NCBI RefSeq assembly: GCF_000143415.4
Contig: NW_003314441.1
Location: 71,482 to 135,481, forward strand
Origin: Selaginella moellendorffii
Taxonomy: Eukaryota; Plantae; Lycopodiophyta
Length of the DNA stretch: 64,000 nucleotides
Reading direction: 5' to 3'
Part shown: one piece after another, positions 24,200-36,582 of the stretch
How positions within the stretch are numbered: the stretch's first letter is position 1
Layout of the letters: the number at the start of each line of letters is the position of its first letter
Program-made: the position numbers and the translations under genes
The notes under the pieces: model-generated
What the model saw: the letters and a program-made list of their open reading frames with translations, nothing else
What the model was told of the DNA's origin: nothing
Database searches by the model: none

Positions 24200-25060
24200 A
24201 GACCCAAGATGGAATTCGAGATGGACCTAAGATGGAGTCTAAGATGGAGTCCAAGATGGACCCGAGATGGAGTCTGAGATAGGGTCTGAGATGAAGTCTG
24301 AGATGGACCCGAGATGGAGTCCAAGATGGACCTGAGATGGAGTCCAAAATGGACCCGAGATGGAGTCCAAGATGGACTCGAGATGGAGTCCAAAATGGAG
24401 TCTGAGATGGACCCAAGATGGAGTTCAAGATGGACCCGAGATGGAGTCTGAGATAGAGTCCAAAATGGAGCCGAGATGGAGTCTGAGATGGAGTTCGAGA
24501 TGGACCCGAGATAGAGTCCAAGATGGCATCTGGGATGGAACCGAGATGGAGTCTGAGATGGACCTGAGATGGAGTCCCAGTTGGAGTCCGAGATGGACCC
24601 GAGATGGAGTTTGAGATGGAGTCTGAGATGGACCTGAGATGGAGTTTAAGATGGTGTTTGGGATGGAACCGAGATGGAGTCCAAGATGGAGTTTGAGATG
24701 GGCCTGAGATGGAGTTTGAGATGGAGTCCAAGATGGAGTTTGAGATGGACCCAAAATAGAGTTCGAGATGAAGTCCGAGATGGAGTCCGAGATGGAGTCC
24801 AAGATGGACCCGAGATGGAGTCCAAGATAGACCCCAGATGGAGTCCAAGATGGACCCGAGATGGAGTCCAAGATGGACCCGAGATGGAGTCCAAGATGGA
24901 CCCGAGATGGAGTCCAAGATGGACCCGAGATGGAGTCCAAGATGGAGTCCAAGACGGAGTCTGAGATGGACCCGAGATGGAGTCTAAGATGGAGTCCAAG
25001 ATGGAACCGAGACCAAGACCGAGTCCGAGTCTGAATTTGAGTTCGAGTTTGAGTTTGAGT
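24200..25060 (+). repeat. GAGATGGAGTCC / GAGATGGACCC minisatellite in family B LTR (~860 bp)
   Basis: Direct tandem 12- and 11-bp units. Confidence 0.95.
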
Positions 25061-26503
25061 CCAAATACTAATACAAGCTGTTGGGTGAAAGCCCAAAGCA
25101 ATCATCCCCCGGGGGGGGGGGGGGTTGGGTTGCTGCCGGGGGTTCCAAAAATATAGTAAGGAGAGTGTGGGGGTTGGACCCCAGTGGAGCTAGTTTGGCC
25201 AAAAAAGGCCAATTTAGCCTAGGAAGGCCATACCCAGCTGTTGGGTGATGGGATAACCATTAGGAAGTCCAAAGTTAGAGTGAATATGGACTGACAAGTG
25301 GGGTAGCTTGGTGAAGTGTTCAAGAGCTTACTCTAATTCCCTCGAGAGGTTGAATGGTCGATGCTCCTAGTCCAAGCATGGGTGGCACTACCTACTTGGA
25401 TACCTGGCATGGCTCAACAATACCTCACTCTAAGCCCATGGCTAGAGCACCCAAAGGTGGAAGGTGGGGAGAGTACCCATGAGGCTTGCATAGGGCCGCA
25501 ATGTTCCAAAATGTTATTCCAAAGTCCCAGATTATAGAAAGGAAGAGGAGTGGTCCTTTGATGTAGTGACCAAGGATACGATCATGTGATGAGGAAGTCC
25601 TAGAGGACAGTGGGACTTAGTGGTCGAGCCTATGGGCTTTGTCCTAGTGGCAGTGTTGATGAACATAGCCATGGATAGAAAAGGGACATGGTGAGGACTA
25701 CAAAAGGGGTATTGGGGAAGGCTATTCCCCATGTCTGCGGGCATCGTAAAGATGCTAAGGAGTGGATCTAGAATGATCACTTATGAACGGATGGCCTAGT
25801 CTTTGAGAGACGGGATTGCAATATAGGTGGTGTTGGACCACTTATATGACCAAGGTGAATGGGTATGGCTTTAGTGTAACGGGCTGATATGTTGGTAGTA
25901 CCTTGGGGTGTCTGTCATGGGATCGGACACGTGGACACGTTGCCCATAGAGAATAAAATCAAGTATCAATGTAACACTTGTAAAGATGGTCCTTGTAAAT
26001 AGGACATGAATACAAGAAGTTGTATTCCAGTGAGTTGTTACCTCAAAAGTAGGACCTTATGGGTCGTCAAATTAGCAAAGTCTAAAAAAGCTGAATGATT
26101 CAAGTAGAGTCAAGAAATGGTCCTAAGCGAGTGATAAGAGCATTTGGACTGAGGTGTGTTGTACCCCACAAAGGATAGGGATCCAAGAGGGATTATGATT
26201 ATAGTGTAAGATGGACATTTCATCATGCTCCCAATGAAGGCCCATGGACATTGCAATATTATGCACATGAAAGACTACCATAAAATACTTTTTGAGATGG
26301 TAAAGACAAAAATGGAGGATCATAAGATCTAAGCATGAGAACAATGGGTATCTCATCAATAGCAGAATGTGCCATGTTAAAGTTGTGGGAAAGGCATTCC
26401 CAGAAGAAAGAAACTTTGGTACAGAGTTATATGTGAACACTATAGTGCAGTGCTAACTGATAATGGCATGAGAAACAATTACTTTAATCTTGGCAAAGAC
26501 CCA

Positions 26504-28453
26504 TGTAAGCGACTAATTTTTCCATTCTACTTTAGTCACTTAATCACACCTCTGACCACTTGAAGGAGTCTCTTTCACAACCTCCATAAGTCCTATTTCG
26601 GACTTGGGCTTGCTAGCCCCGAGAATAACATCCTTGCCACTCAACCTTTGCACTTGGTCCAAGTGCTCCACGTGTCCGATCCCATGACCGACACCCCAAG
26701 GTACCATTGACATATCAGCCTGCTACGCTAAGGCCATGCCCCTTCACCTTGGTCACACCAGCGGTCTAACACCACCTGCATCACAGTCCCAGCTCTCAAG
26801 GACAGGGCTATCCGTCCATGAGTGATCATTCCAGATCCACTCCTTAGCATCCTTAGGATGCCCACAAACATGGGGAATAGCCTTCCCCAATGTCCCTTTT
26901 CCGGTCCCCACCAAGTCCCTTTCTGCTCATAGCTATGTTTGCCAACACTACCACTGGGTCGAGGCCCACAGGCCCGACCACCAAGTCCCATGGTCCTCTG
27001 GGACTTCCTCCGCACCCAATTGTATCCTTGGTCACTACACCAGAGGATTATTCCTCTTCCTTTCCACAGTCTGGGCCTTTGGGACAACATTTTGGAACAC
27101 CGTGGGCCTACACAAGCCCCGTGGGTACTCTCCCCACCTTCTGCCTTTAGGTGCTCTAGCCATGGGCTTAGAGCAAGGTTTCGTTGAGCCATGCCTGGTA
27201 TCCAAGTAGGTAGTGCCACCCACACTTGGACTGGGAGCATCGGCCAGTCGACCTCCCTGGGGAACTAGAGTCGGCTCTTGAACACTTCACCAAGCTACCC
27301 CGCTTGTTGGTCTGTATTCACTCTAGTCTTGGACTTCCTAGTGGTTAGTTCATCACCCAACATTGGGTCTGGCCTTCTTAGGCCAAACTGGCCTTTTCTG
27401 GCCAAACTGACTCCACTACAGTCCTCCCCCTTACTATACTTTTGGAGCTCACTAAACCCCCCAAGGTCTGGGAGACGAATGCTTTGGGCTTTCACCCTCT
27501 CAGACTCGAACTCGAACTCAGACTCGTACTCGGACTCGGACTCGGACTCGGACTTGGGCTTGGGCTAGGTCTCGGCCTTGGCCTTGGTCTCGGTCTCGGT
27601 CCCGGTCTCGGTCTCGGTCCCGGTCTCGGTCTCGGTCCCGGTCTCGGTCTCGGTCTCGGTCTCAGTCCCAGTCCCAATCTCGGTCTCGGTCTCAGTCTCA
27701 ACCTCGGACTCCATCTCAGGTCCTTCTCAGACTCCATCTCGGATTCCATCTCGGGTCCATCTCAGACTCCATCTCGGACTCCATCTCGGACTCCATCTGG
27801 GGTCCATCTCGGACTCCATCTCAGACTCCATCTCAGACTCCATCTCGGACTCTGTCTCGAACTCCATCTCGGACTCCATCTGGGGTCCATCTCAGACTCC
27901 ATCTCGGGTCCATCTCAGACTCCATCTCGGTCCATCTCAGACTCCATCTCGGACTCTGTCTCGGTCCATCTTGGACTCCATCTCGGACTCCATTTCAGAC
28001 TCCATCTCGGTCCATCTCGGACTCCATCTCGGACTCAACCTCGGACTCCATCTCGGACTCTGTCTCGGTCCATCTCGGACTCCATCTCGGACTCCATTTC
28101 GGACTCCATCTCGGACTCCACCTTAGACTCCATCTCGGACTCCACCTCGGACTCCATCTCAGACTCCACCTCGGACTCCATCTCGGACTCCGTCTCGGTC
28201 CATCTCGGACTCCATCTCGGACACTTCCATGTGTCATGTGTTGGTCCTTTTGGGTCCCTTTTTGGAGCCTCGCTTATTGCTCGTTTCGTGCTTGTTCCTC
28301 GAGCATTTTGTTGGGAGTTCCACTCCCGCTCTCGACTTTTCAAGTTGGAGCTTTTAGTCCAAACGTGTTACGCTCATTTGGCTTTCGCTTCAGCCATTAC
28401 CACATGGCACCCTTCCGGCTCCACTTTGGGGACTAGGGATTTTGTGTCTCACA
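26504..28453 (-). mobile_element. Family B solo LTR with 5-bp TSD ACCCA
   Basis: TGTAAG...CTCACA termini. ACCCA at 26499-26503 and 28454-28458. The empty site is visible at ~60130 and ~20730. Confidence 0.93.
27502..28221 (-). repeat. 6-bp and 12-bp tandem arrays in the family B solo LTR
   Basis: GGACTC/GGTCTC hexamers followed by GGACTCCATCTC units. Confidence 0.95.
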
Positions 28454-31400
28454 ACCCAGACACAATTGGGAAGTGTCATAAAGGTAGGCTCGTGGAGCTG
28501 ATGGTGTGAAGACACCGAATATGCCAAGGCATGATGCCTTGAGGTCAAGTTGGTGAGTTCACGAGAACCCCTTCCCAAAGGAATCCTAATGAAAATGGGA
28601 ATGGCATAGCCTAAGCTGGAAGGCATGCGGTTGGAGTATGGTGACCCAAATAATGATGGAGGTGTAGAAGCATTAGCAATAAACCATAATAAAAATCAAA
28701 CCCCAAAAACTCCTAAAAATTAGGGTTTAAATATTTTCTACACTATATTTTAAAAATTATAATTATAAATAAATTTTAAGATATTAGTTGTAGAACTTGA
28801 CAACTATAAGGAAACTAAGAAAAAGGGTGCAAAATAATTGATTAAACTAGTAGAAGGTAACTACATAAGACTTCTTGTTGGGATAAGGAAGTTAAACATA
28901 CCTTTATGAGGGATAAATTGCTTATATTGCAATATAGTAAATCAATGTCGTAAAAGGGAATGCTCATTGTCAAAGAAAGCCATCATTGGGACACCCAAAC
29001 ACTCTAAAACACTAGGAAATGGTGTTTGGTATCGTGAAGGCATTAAATAAGGCTCAAGGGATTAAGTCCCTAATGAATGATAAATAGGAGATGCTATCCA
29101 AATGTCTAAGGTTGCAGAGACAAGACAAGTTTGTCTACCCAAATTGGACAAAGCCAAAAGAAGAATTTTGGCAAGACTAGTGATAAGCATATAAAGGCCC
29201 ATAAGAAGCAACATTAATCCCAATATGTGGGATTATAAAGTAAGTATACCTGAATTGAGGAACCACTCCCTAGGTCATCAGGTAGGTTCATCCCTAATGA
29301 ATACTTGCTAAGGCATGGTAAAAAGTGCAAAACTATCCTCCTAATCTAGAGAAGAATAACTGAAGGAAACGTGTGAGGTCAAAAAACAAGTAGTAAAAGG
29401 ATAGAACCGAACCATAAGAATCAAAGGGTATAACCAAGAGTGGTTATATGAGTTAAGAGTGAAGAATCAAGTGGGTGCTCGAACGGGTTATTATTAGCAA
29501 CCCTAATGCCATGGAGAGTCTAAAATATGGAATTATCCATGTTAAACCATATGGCAATTAGGAAGCTTGCAAAAGGAGAGGCTTTAGCAAGCTAAGAGAT
29601 AGAGTTCCTTCAATGTTCCAAAAGACAATTCTAGGTAATTAGTACCTAGAAAGGCAAACGTAAATGATTTATAAAATGTGCGAAATCAAAATGGCACAGC
29701 AAAAGTGTAATCTTAAAGCTTGCTATGAGGCGAAGAAGTAAATCCCAAGTGTTCAAAGAGAGGGCTTTGAACGAAAGTCGATGGTCAAGGACTTTCACGC
29801 TTATGCATGAACCATGTTACAATGGCAAATGACTTGCTAGGTGAAATTGGCAAGTCAAGGGAACAAACACCCTAGTTGAAGGTGCTAACTTCAAAAGGGG
29901 TGATCCATGGGGAACAAGCATGGAGGAGTCTACGCATGATCACAAACTTGTCAAGTGAGAGGACTTGGTAATATGGAGGAACTAAGTTCCTAAGCTATGC
30001 TTTATAACACACTTTAAGTATAAGTTGGTGCACTAATGTGGGGAGTCACACTAAGCATCCTGGATGATGCCATCTATAAATGCATATATAGAGGTTGGGT
30101 TTGAGTTCCAACCCTCTAATGCTTGGGTTTGAGTCCCAAGTCACTAGGGTGTGGTGATAGTGTGGAATATGAGGACACTCATTTTTTGGTGGTCGTGGAC
30201 TCTTAGTAAGGAGATTAGCTTGGGCACACTACCAAGTGGGGGATGCCCCAGAGTTGTGATGCACGATTAGATTGCTTAGTGTGAAAGTTCGACATATCTA
30301 ACTTGAACACTTTGGTGCAAGTGGCACCAAGGACACCCACTCTCAGTTGCAATGGACCTTTGGCCGGAAGGGTTGACTTGGGTGCACCGCCAAGTGTGGG
30401 GGATGCCCCTGGGGTCATGGTCAACAACTTAAAGGTCCAAAAGACCTAGTACATATTGGCAAACCTGTTAAGGTGTCAAGGGTAGATCGCTAAGTGATCT
30501 TATAGCTAAGCAAGAACAATGTCCTTGTGAAGTTAAAAAATAAGGTTTTTAATTTAAAGTGTTGATTTGAATTATTGATGATGGTGTGGCTTGATTAAGG
30601 TGACCAAGTGGGAAGAACACCTAAGGGAAATGAGCTATGTCAATATGATGGTATAGAGAGTCTGAAGAAAATAGTCTCTAGGAGAGACCTATAAAAGGGT
30701 CACAAAGTTGAGCTATGGATAAAGCCCACAGTAGAAAATGCTAAAGAGACTTATTAGGGGTGAATACCCTCTAGATTTGGCAAAGCAAAGCCTTTGCTAT
30801 AAAACCAAAAGGATACCTTGAGGATGGAGGTAGTGATCCTATGTTGTTAAGGGCAATAATTAAAGGATAGGAGCAAAAATTAATGGCTAAGAAAAGAACC
30901 ATGGGAATCATGGGAAAGAATACAAATGGCAAAGTTAGGCAGGAACACCAATGTGTTAGATGCTAACGGATTATGAGAAAAGCCATATATTTCCAAGGAT
31001 GGATTCCTAATTGCTCAAATTTGGCAAAAGTGAAAGCTCCAAAGATGGGAGCAATAAGGTAGCCAAATGATAGAGCCATGAACAACCCTAGCACAAATTA
31101 TGATAATTAGAACTTAGTGCTAAAGGTGGTATGAAATAAGAAAGAAGATGATGGTGCCCTCAAGTAGAGAACTTCCAAGGATGGGGAAGTGGAGTTGCAC
31201 AATATGTGCAAAGCAAGGTGTCAAAGACACCTAGGAAATTGATTCTGAGAAGTCAAAATTAAAAGTTCCAAAGTGCAAAGGTTATATTAATGGAAATTGA
31301 GACTACTCAAGAATGAGTAGTGAGATTGAGATAGAGAAGGTGTCTCTAACAAGTTTCGTGAGAACTAAACCAATAAAATGAGAGAACCACCACAAATGGT

Positions 31401-32043
31401 CAAATAAGTCTCTAAGTTGGAAATATTATGCTCCTTAGAGGATGGACAAGGCATGGTGAGCCTTTGGTGTCAAACCATTGACAAATATTGGCTAGATGTT
31501 AGGGATGGAAAGAGTAATACATGTTAGTATTACTTTATAAAAATAGTTTATCATTCAATGAGGACATCGAACTTTGTTTATAGGTGGTGGAGTTGTGAGA
31601 CACAAATCCCTAAGCCCCAAAGGGGAGCCGAAAGGGTGCCATGTGGTAGTGGCTGAAGCAAAAGCCAAACAAGCGTAATACATTTGAACTAAAAACTCTG
31701 ACTTGAAAGGTCGAAAGTGGGAGTAAAACTCCAAACGAAGTGCTCAAAGAACAAACACGAAACGAACAATAAGTGAGTCTCTAGGAAAGGGACCCAAGAT
31801 GGACTCGACATCGAGTCCAAGATGGAGTCCGAGATGGAGTTCGAGATTGAATTGAGACCAAGACCAAAACCGAGTCCGAGTCTTAGACTGAGACAATCCA
31901 AGTTCAAGTCCAAGTCCAAATACTAATATAGGCTGTTGGGTGAAAGCCCAAAGTGATCGTCCCCTAGAGGGGGTTCCAAAAACATAGTAGGGAAAGTGTG
32001 GGGGTTTAGAATGGAAAAATTAGTTGTTTATAGCAAAACCATC

Positions 32044-32227
32044 TTTAAGCAACCAAAAAGAATGACTTGAGAGATGATCCATAGAGTTCAAATATAAAGG
32101 GAAAGGGCCTATGAATAAAAGTGCACCCCCTTTTCCAATTAGTTAAAGGTCTTGGGATACTTGGGGTTAAGTGTCATTGGGTTTGAATAGTATTACTTCC
32201 CAGGAAGTTTAAATTTAAGAGCTTACA
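32044..32227 (+). mobile_element. Degenerate Cassandra-like LTR
   Basis: Reverse homolog of 18495-18688 with a short deletion in the 5S-like segment. Confidence 0.8.
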
Positions 32228-32231
32228 TTTG

Positions 32232-32812
32232 GCCACTCAAGGAAGTGCTCAAAAGCAACTCCCACTCTTGGAAGGGAAACCGACTGTAGTGCTCTCGACT
32301 TATGTGAATTGGTGCCCCACTTGAGTACCTTGCAACTCATTGGTCCTCGCATTTTGTAGGGGCTTAGGCCTTCCCTTCAGGATGGAAGTGGGGGAGTAAG
32401 GGTATGCATACCGGGTTGTTAAACCACGATGTTTCTCCCTATTGTCCTGAAGCAAGTGTTGCACCCAAAAACTTTGGATTTAGAAGGTCCTATGATCAAG
32501 TCTTGTTATAAAAAGAGGTGTTAAGAATTTGGAGGCTTAGTATGTTTGGCTGGTTGTGCCTATGGGGAGTGTAACTGAATACTAAATCTAGTCCAACCCA
32601 AGAAGGGGGATTGGGAAAGAATTTGATAATCCGTGATGGATGGCTAATACTCCATTGCTCGTGCAATAAGTTGCTGAAACCAAGTAAGACTAAATAGGAG
32701 TTAGTACAATAAGCAAAAATCTTGGCGAGTGAACTTAACTAAGGCCAAAACCGTAGTGGTCAGATAGACGAGGTAAGCTAGCAAATCGAAAAGGAAAAAT
32801 TTATGGCTTACA
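32232..32812 (+). mobile_element. Family C LTR 3' half
   Basis: Colinear with 54430-55011 and ends GGCTTACA. Confidence 0.8.
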
Positions 32813-33549
32813 CATTGATATAGATTTATAATACCAAATGTTACCAACATTGTTCACAAACAAGCTCATGCCACTTTCTTTTTGACCAAACTCAAAACTA
32901 ATCCAACACCAAACTACTCAAGGAGCAATAGCAAGGTTTCCCAAAAAGAATTGAGCATTATAACCCAAGTCTTTTAATAAAAAGCCTAGATAAAATGGTT
33001 TAGCACTTCACTGCTATCCATCCCACAACTCACCACTTGTAAGACCATCATTTTTAATATGCATCAAAGTAAGGACTCTTGATTGCATGACGTGTGTATG
33101 AGCAATGAGTTAACACCTCGTTGCAAATCATCTCCAAGAAGAGAAAATGATTTATGTGTTTGATCCTTCATTCCTTAGGACTATCTTTTTAGTTTCATCT
33201 TTGACTAAATCTTAAATTTTCATTCACATTGCTTTTAGTTTAATCCAAAAAAAGTTTATGAGAGAGCACGGCAATAACTACTTGAACCAATAACTAATCC
33301 CTACAGTTTTGATTGATTCACTTATAATCATGCCTAGGAAGGATCCACTAATGCTATGCTAAACAGCTACAAACTGGCCTATTTGCTACTCATAACAAAC
33401 CCAGAGGAGGTTTACTTTCACCCACGGTACATAGAATAATTCATAGTATCACTGATAGACTAACATTAATCTTGCCAACACAAAGTGTAACCTTGAGTTG
33501 CTAATGTACCTCACTCATGAGCCCAAGCACAAACTCATACTATTAGTCT

Positions 33550-34560
33550 CTAAGACAAGTTTAAAACTTATTAAATATGGAATGTCCCTAGATTGCAAAT
33601 TTGGACACGAGACAAACACTATTGTGTTCAAAATAATCTCTACATTCTATAGATATGCTAAATAAGCAAATTTAGACACTTTCCATAAATAGTATTTGGG
33701 ATTAGAATAAAACGAATACAAAGGGCAACTTGGAAAAATTCTAGAGCATCTAACATCCCAATGACAAAACCAGTATGAAAAACAAAGCCAAATGAAGTTT
33801 AGCATTATTTCAACATACCAGTGGCTTAATGCAAAGATATGAGTACCCCACCAACTAGTATGGCATGGAACTTAAGCTTAAACTCAAGCCGTACGCAGAA
33901 TAAGGATAACCATGCAAACAGAAGCTAAACTATACCTTAGGTTAGTCAGCTATACTTAACTTACCCATTATCCCTACTATACATTTAGAACCCCCCTCTT
34001 GAGGAACACATGCTTTGGGCTTTCACCCTTAGCCACCCTTAGTACCAAGAGTTAGTCTTTAAATTTATTAAATATAGAATGTCCTTAGATTATGAATTTG
34101 GATATGGGACAAATATTATTATGTTCATGATAGTCTCTACATTTTATAGATATGCCAAATGAGCAAATCTAAACACTTTCCATAAATAGTATTTGGGATT
34201 GAAATAAGACTAACACAAAAGGCATGATAACAAAAGTATTTGGTAGACACGGTAAATTATCATCAAACAATATTGAGGGACTAATTTTAATACACAAGGA
34301 TTCTTGTCAAGCTAGTGCAAAACAAAGCAAAAGATAACTAAAAGCCAAGCCAAGTATGCTCAGCTAAAAACACATAAAAGTTTCTACCTTATGTTCATTT
34401 GGCTAAGTATATATCCTAAACTCAGTTTACTAACACTTGGACAAAAGGGACTGATAAAGAGTCTAGCAATACTGACCTTTTATCGTCGTAACAGTAAAGA
34501 AAGAGTATCCAAAAGAACTAACTAACAGATAATTTTTAATACCTGAAGTCATATTTGCAA
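33550..34560 (-). mobile_element. Degenerate LTR-like repeats (homologs of 51945-52435 and of family D)
   Basis: 33560-33720 and 34060-34560 match 51945-52430. 33740-34000 matches 51650-51905. Confidence 0.6.
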
Positions 34561-35955
34561 TAGATATTAAGTTTCATTAGTCTTAATGAAAATAATATTG
34601 ATGATTTAGCTGTAATTTTGTGTTATTAGCATTCTTGTATTTGCTAGATAGCAACTATATTGGCATTCAAACAAGTTGAGTAACAAATTGAGTTAGTTGT
34701 GTTCTAGACAAGATTATTTAGTAAGGGTTGAGCTTTAGCTTTTCCTTGAAAAGTGATTTAATCATGGACTATGCTAATTTTATAAGAAGAAAAGTTAATG
34801 ATTAATATTGAAGTTGTTAATTTTTTATTAAACTTATTGATCATTAATGATTCTTTTTGTGCTTGTTATAAAGTGAGTTATGTCTTGCCATAGAAAATGG
34901 ATTTATGAAGGATCGTTTGGTGATCATATATTGAATATAACTTTGTTGTGCTTAGCTTTTGGATTAATGCATATATAACTTTTGCATTATGAAGTTTAGC
35001 TTATAAATATATTAAGGAGGATATTGTGAGTTGTACCAAGTTTCATGATTATTGTGTCATTTATTAGAAGTTGTTAGAAAAGGTATTTTGGCTCATTAGC
35101 TTCAATGTTAAAGTGAGTATTTCATCTGGCAATCATTATTGATAGTTAATTGTCATTTAGAATAATTAATAATCCTTGTCAAAATTATTATTGATGTAGA
35201 ATGATTTGTTGTTCTTCGGGATAATAAATTCTTTCTTTAACAATAATTATTTTTATTTTTTTTAAAGATGATTGATAATCTTTTATGATGGTTAGTTGTT
35301 CTCTTTGATAACTTTTAGTTTTTTGCATTGATGGGAAAATAAAACTTTCAAAAGGATCATAAAGAACTTCAATATAACAATTTAGCTTTCTTTCAAAGTC
35401 CATCATCACCACAGCCATTTGGGTCACCGACACTGTGGTGTGCCAAGACTGTTCCAAGCTAGTAGGACTTGCATTTCCTTGTGCCCCACCATTCCTTTTC
35501 TGGTCACGTCAGAGGGCAAGGTGCGCGCCCTCACTCAACTCATGCAATGCTGTGCATGTAAGATGGGCATGTAAACTTCTGCACACAAGCCATTGTTGTG
35601 AGCCCTCTGGCATCTGACTTCTAGCGTTAACTCATATCTACAACTTCCGCTTGTCACCTTTGAAATCCTGACCTCGGACAACTGAGTGTCCCAGGATGTG
35701 ATCAACTAGAGAGTGCAGCGATCCTCAATGTCGGTCGCCACCAAGAGCAGCCGCCTATAGCAGTATGACCGCATTGCCCTCTGACTTGAGCAATCTACGC
35801 CACAAGCTGTTAATCCTCACCTCCAGCACTAGAAAACTTATTTATGTATTTGTTTTGGGCTCGCTCCAGGCCATCAGAGCGTAAAGCAAAGCAAAATGGT
35901 AGTGCCATGATGGTTCTATCAGGCAGTTGCGAGAATTTGAAACCAGGATTATGTT

Positions 35956-36492
35956 TTCTAGAAAAGAGTCTGAGCAAAAGGAAGAACTTAAGTGTGGTAG
36001 AATGTTGCAATCCCATGTAGCTTCTTCACTTCTTTCGATTAAAATCAAATTTAATCCGGCAAACTATCTTTGGAATGGAGGCAGCTACCAGTAGTCGGTC
36101 CTTTGCATTTGATGACTTGTATCCTGATTACTGAAGAGAGAGAGCCCGTGGCGTGGACTCTTCTCAAGCTCCCGGGCTCGGAGCAATCGCGCCTGGCTCA
36201 CCGGGCTCAGCGCCGCGCTCCACAGCCCCGCGTCATCGATGCATCGCTGCCACTCGCGCTGCTTCTCCGGCCACTCGCAATTCGTCTCCACCAGGCTCTT
36301 GGTGATCTCTCTGCCGAAGAAGAGCCTCTCGGCGGTGATCGCTGTGGATCATCGCCCGGCAGCGCCACGTCCAGCGAATCGAAGACCGAGGATTCTAGAA
36401 AAGAGTCTGAGCAAAAGGAAGAACTTAAGTGTGGTAGAATGCTTCTTCACTTCCTTCGATTAAAATCAAATTTAATCGGGCAAACTATCTTT
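35956..36492 (+). repeat. ~100-bp direct repeat (35956-36071 and 36393-36492) enclosing captured gene fragments
   Basis: TTCTAGAAAAGAGTCTGAGC...CAAACTATCTTT occurs twice. The first copy has a 16-bp insertion. Confidence 0.9.
36181..36390 (-). pseudogene. GRAS-family transcription factor fragment (PFYRE/SAW region), frameshifted
   Basis: Minus strand: SSVFDSLDVALPGDDPQR / ITAERLFFGREITKSLVETNCEWPEKQREWQRCIDDAGL...SQARLL. Confidence 0.75.
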
Positions 36493-36582
36493 GTTCGATC
36501 GAATCTCTGACGAAAAGAAGGGTTCGCACAAAGAACAAGTACAAAGTAAAGATATGGTAAATATATTTTAGGGCTTGGATCT

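Larger units (their letters stand above)
24004..32032 (+). mobile_element. Older full-length family B LARD-like element (5' LTR from 24004; internally deleted 3' LTR 31594-32032)
   Basis: TGTGAGACAC starts at 24004 and 31594, with a PPT before 31594. The internal domain is colinear with 58550-63265. The flanks ACAAA / GCAAA are a 4/5 match consistent with a TSD. Confidence 0.85.

Noticed and set aside
35400-35830. Coding-like composition on the minus strand
   Set aside because: It is interrupted by stops and has no identifiable homology by eye.
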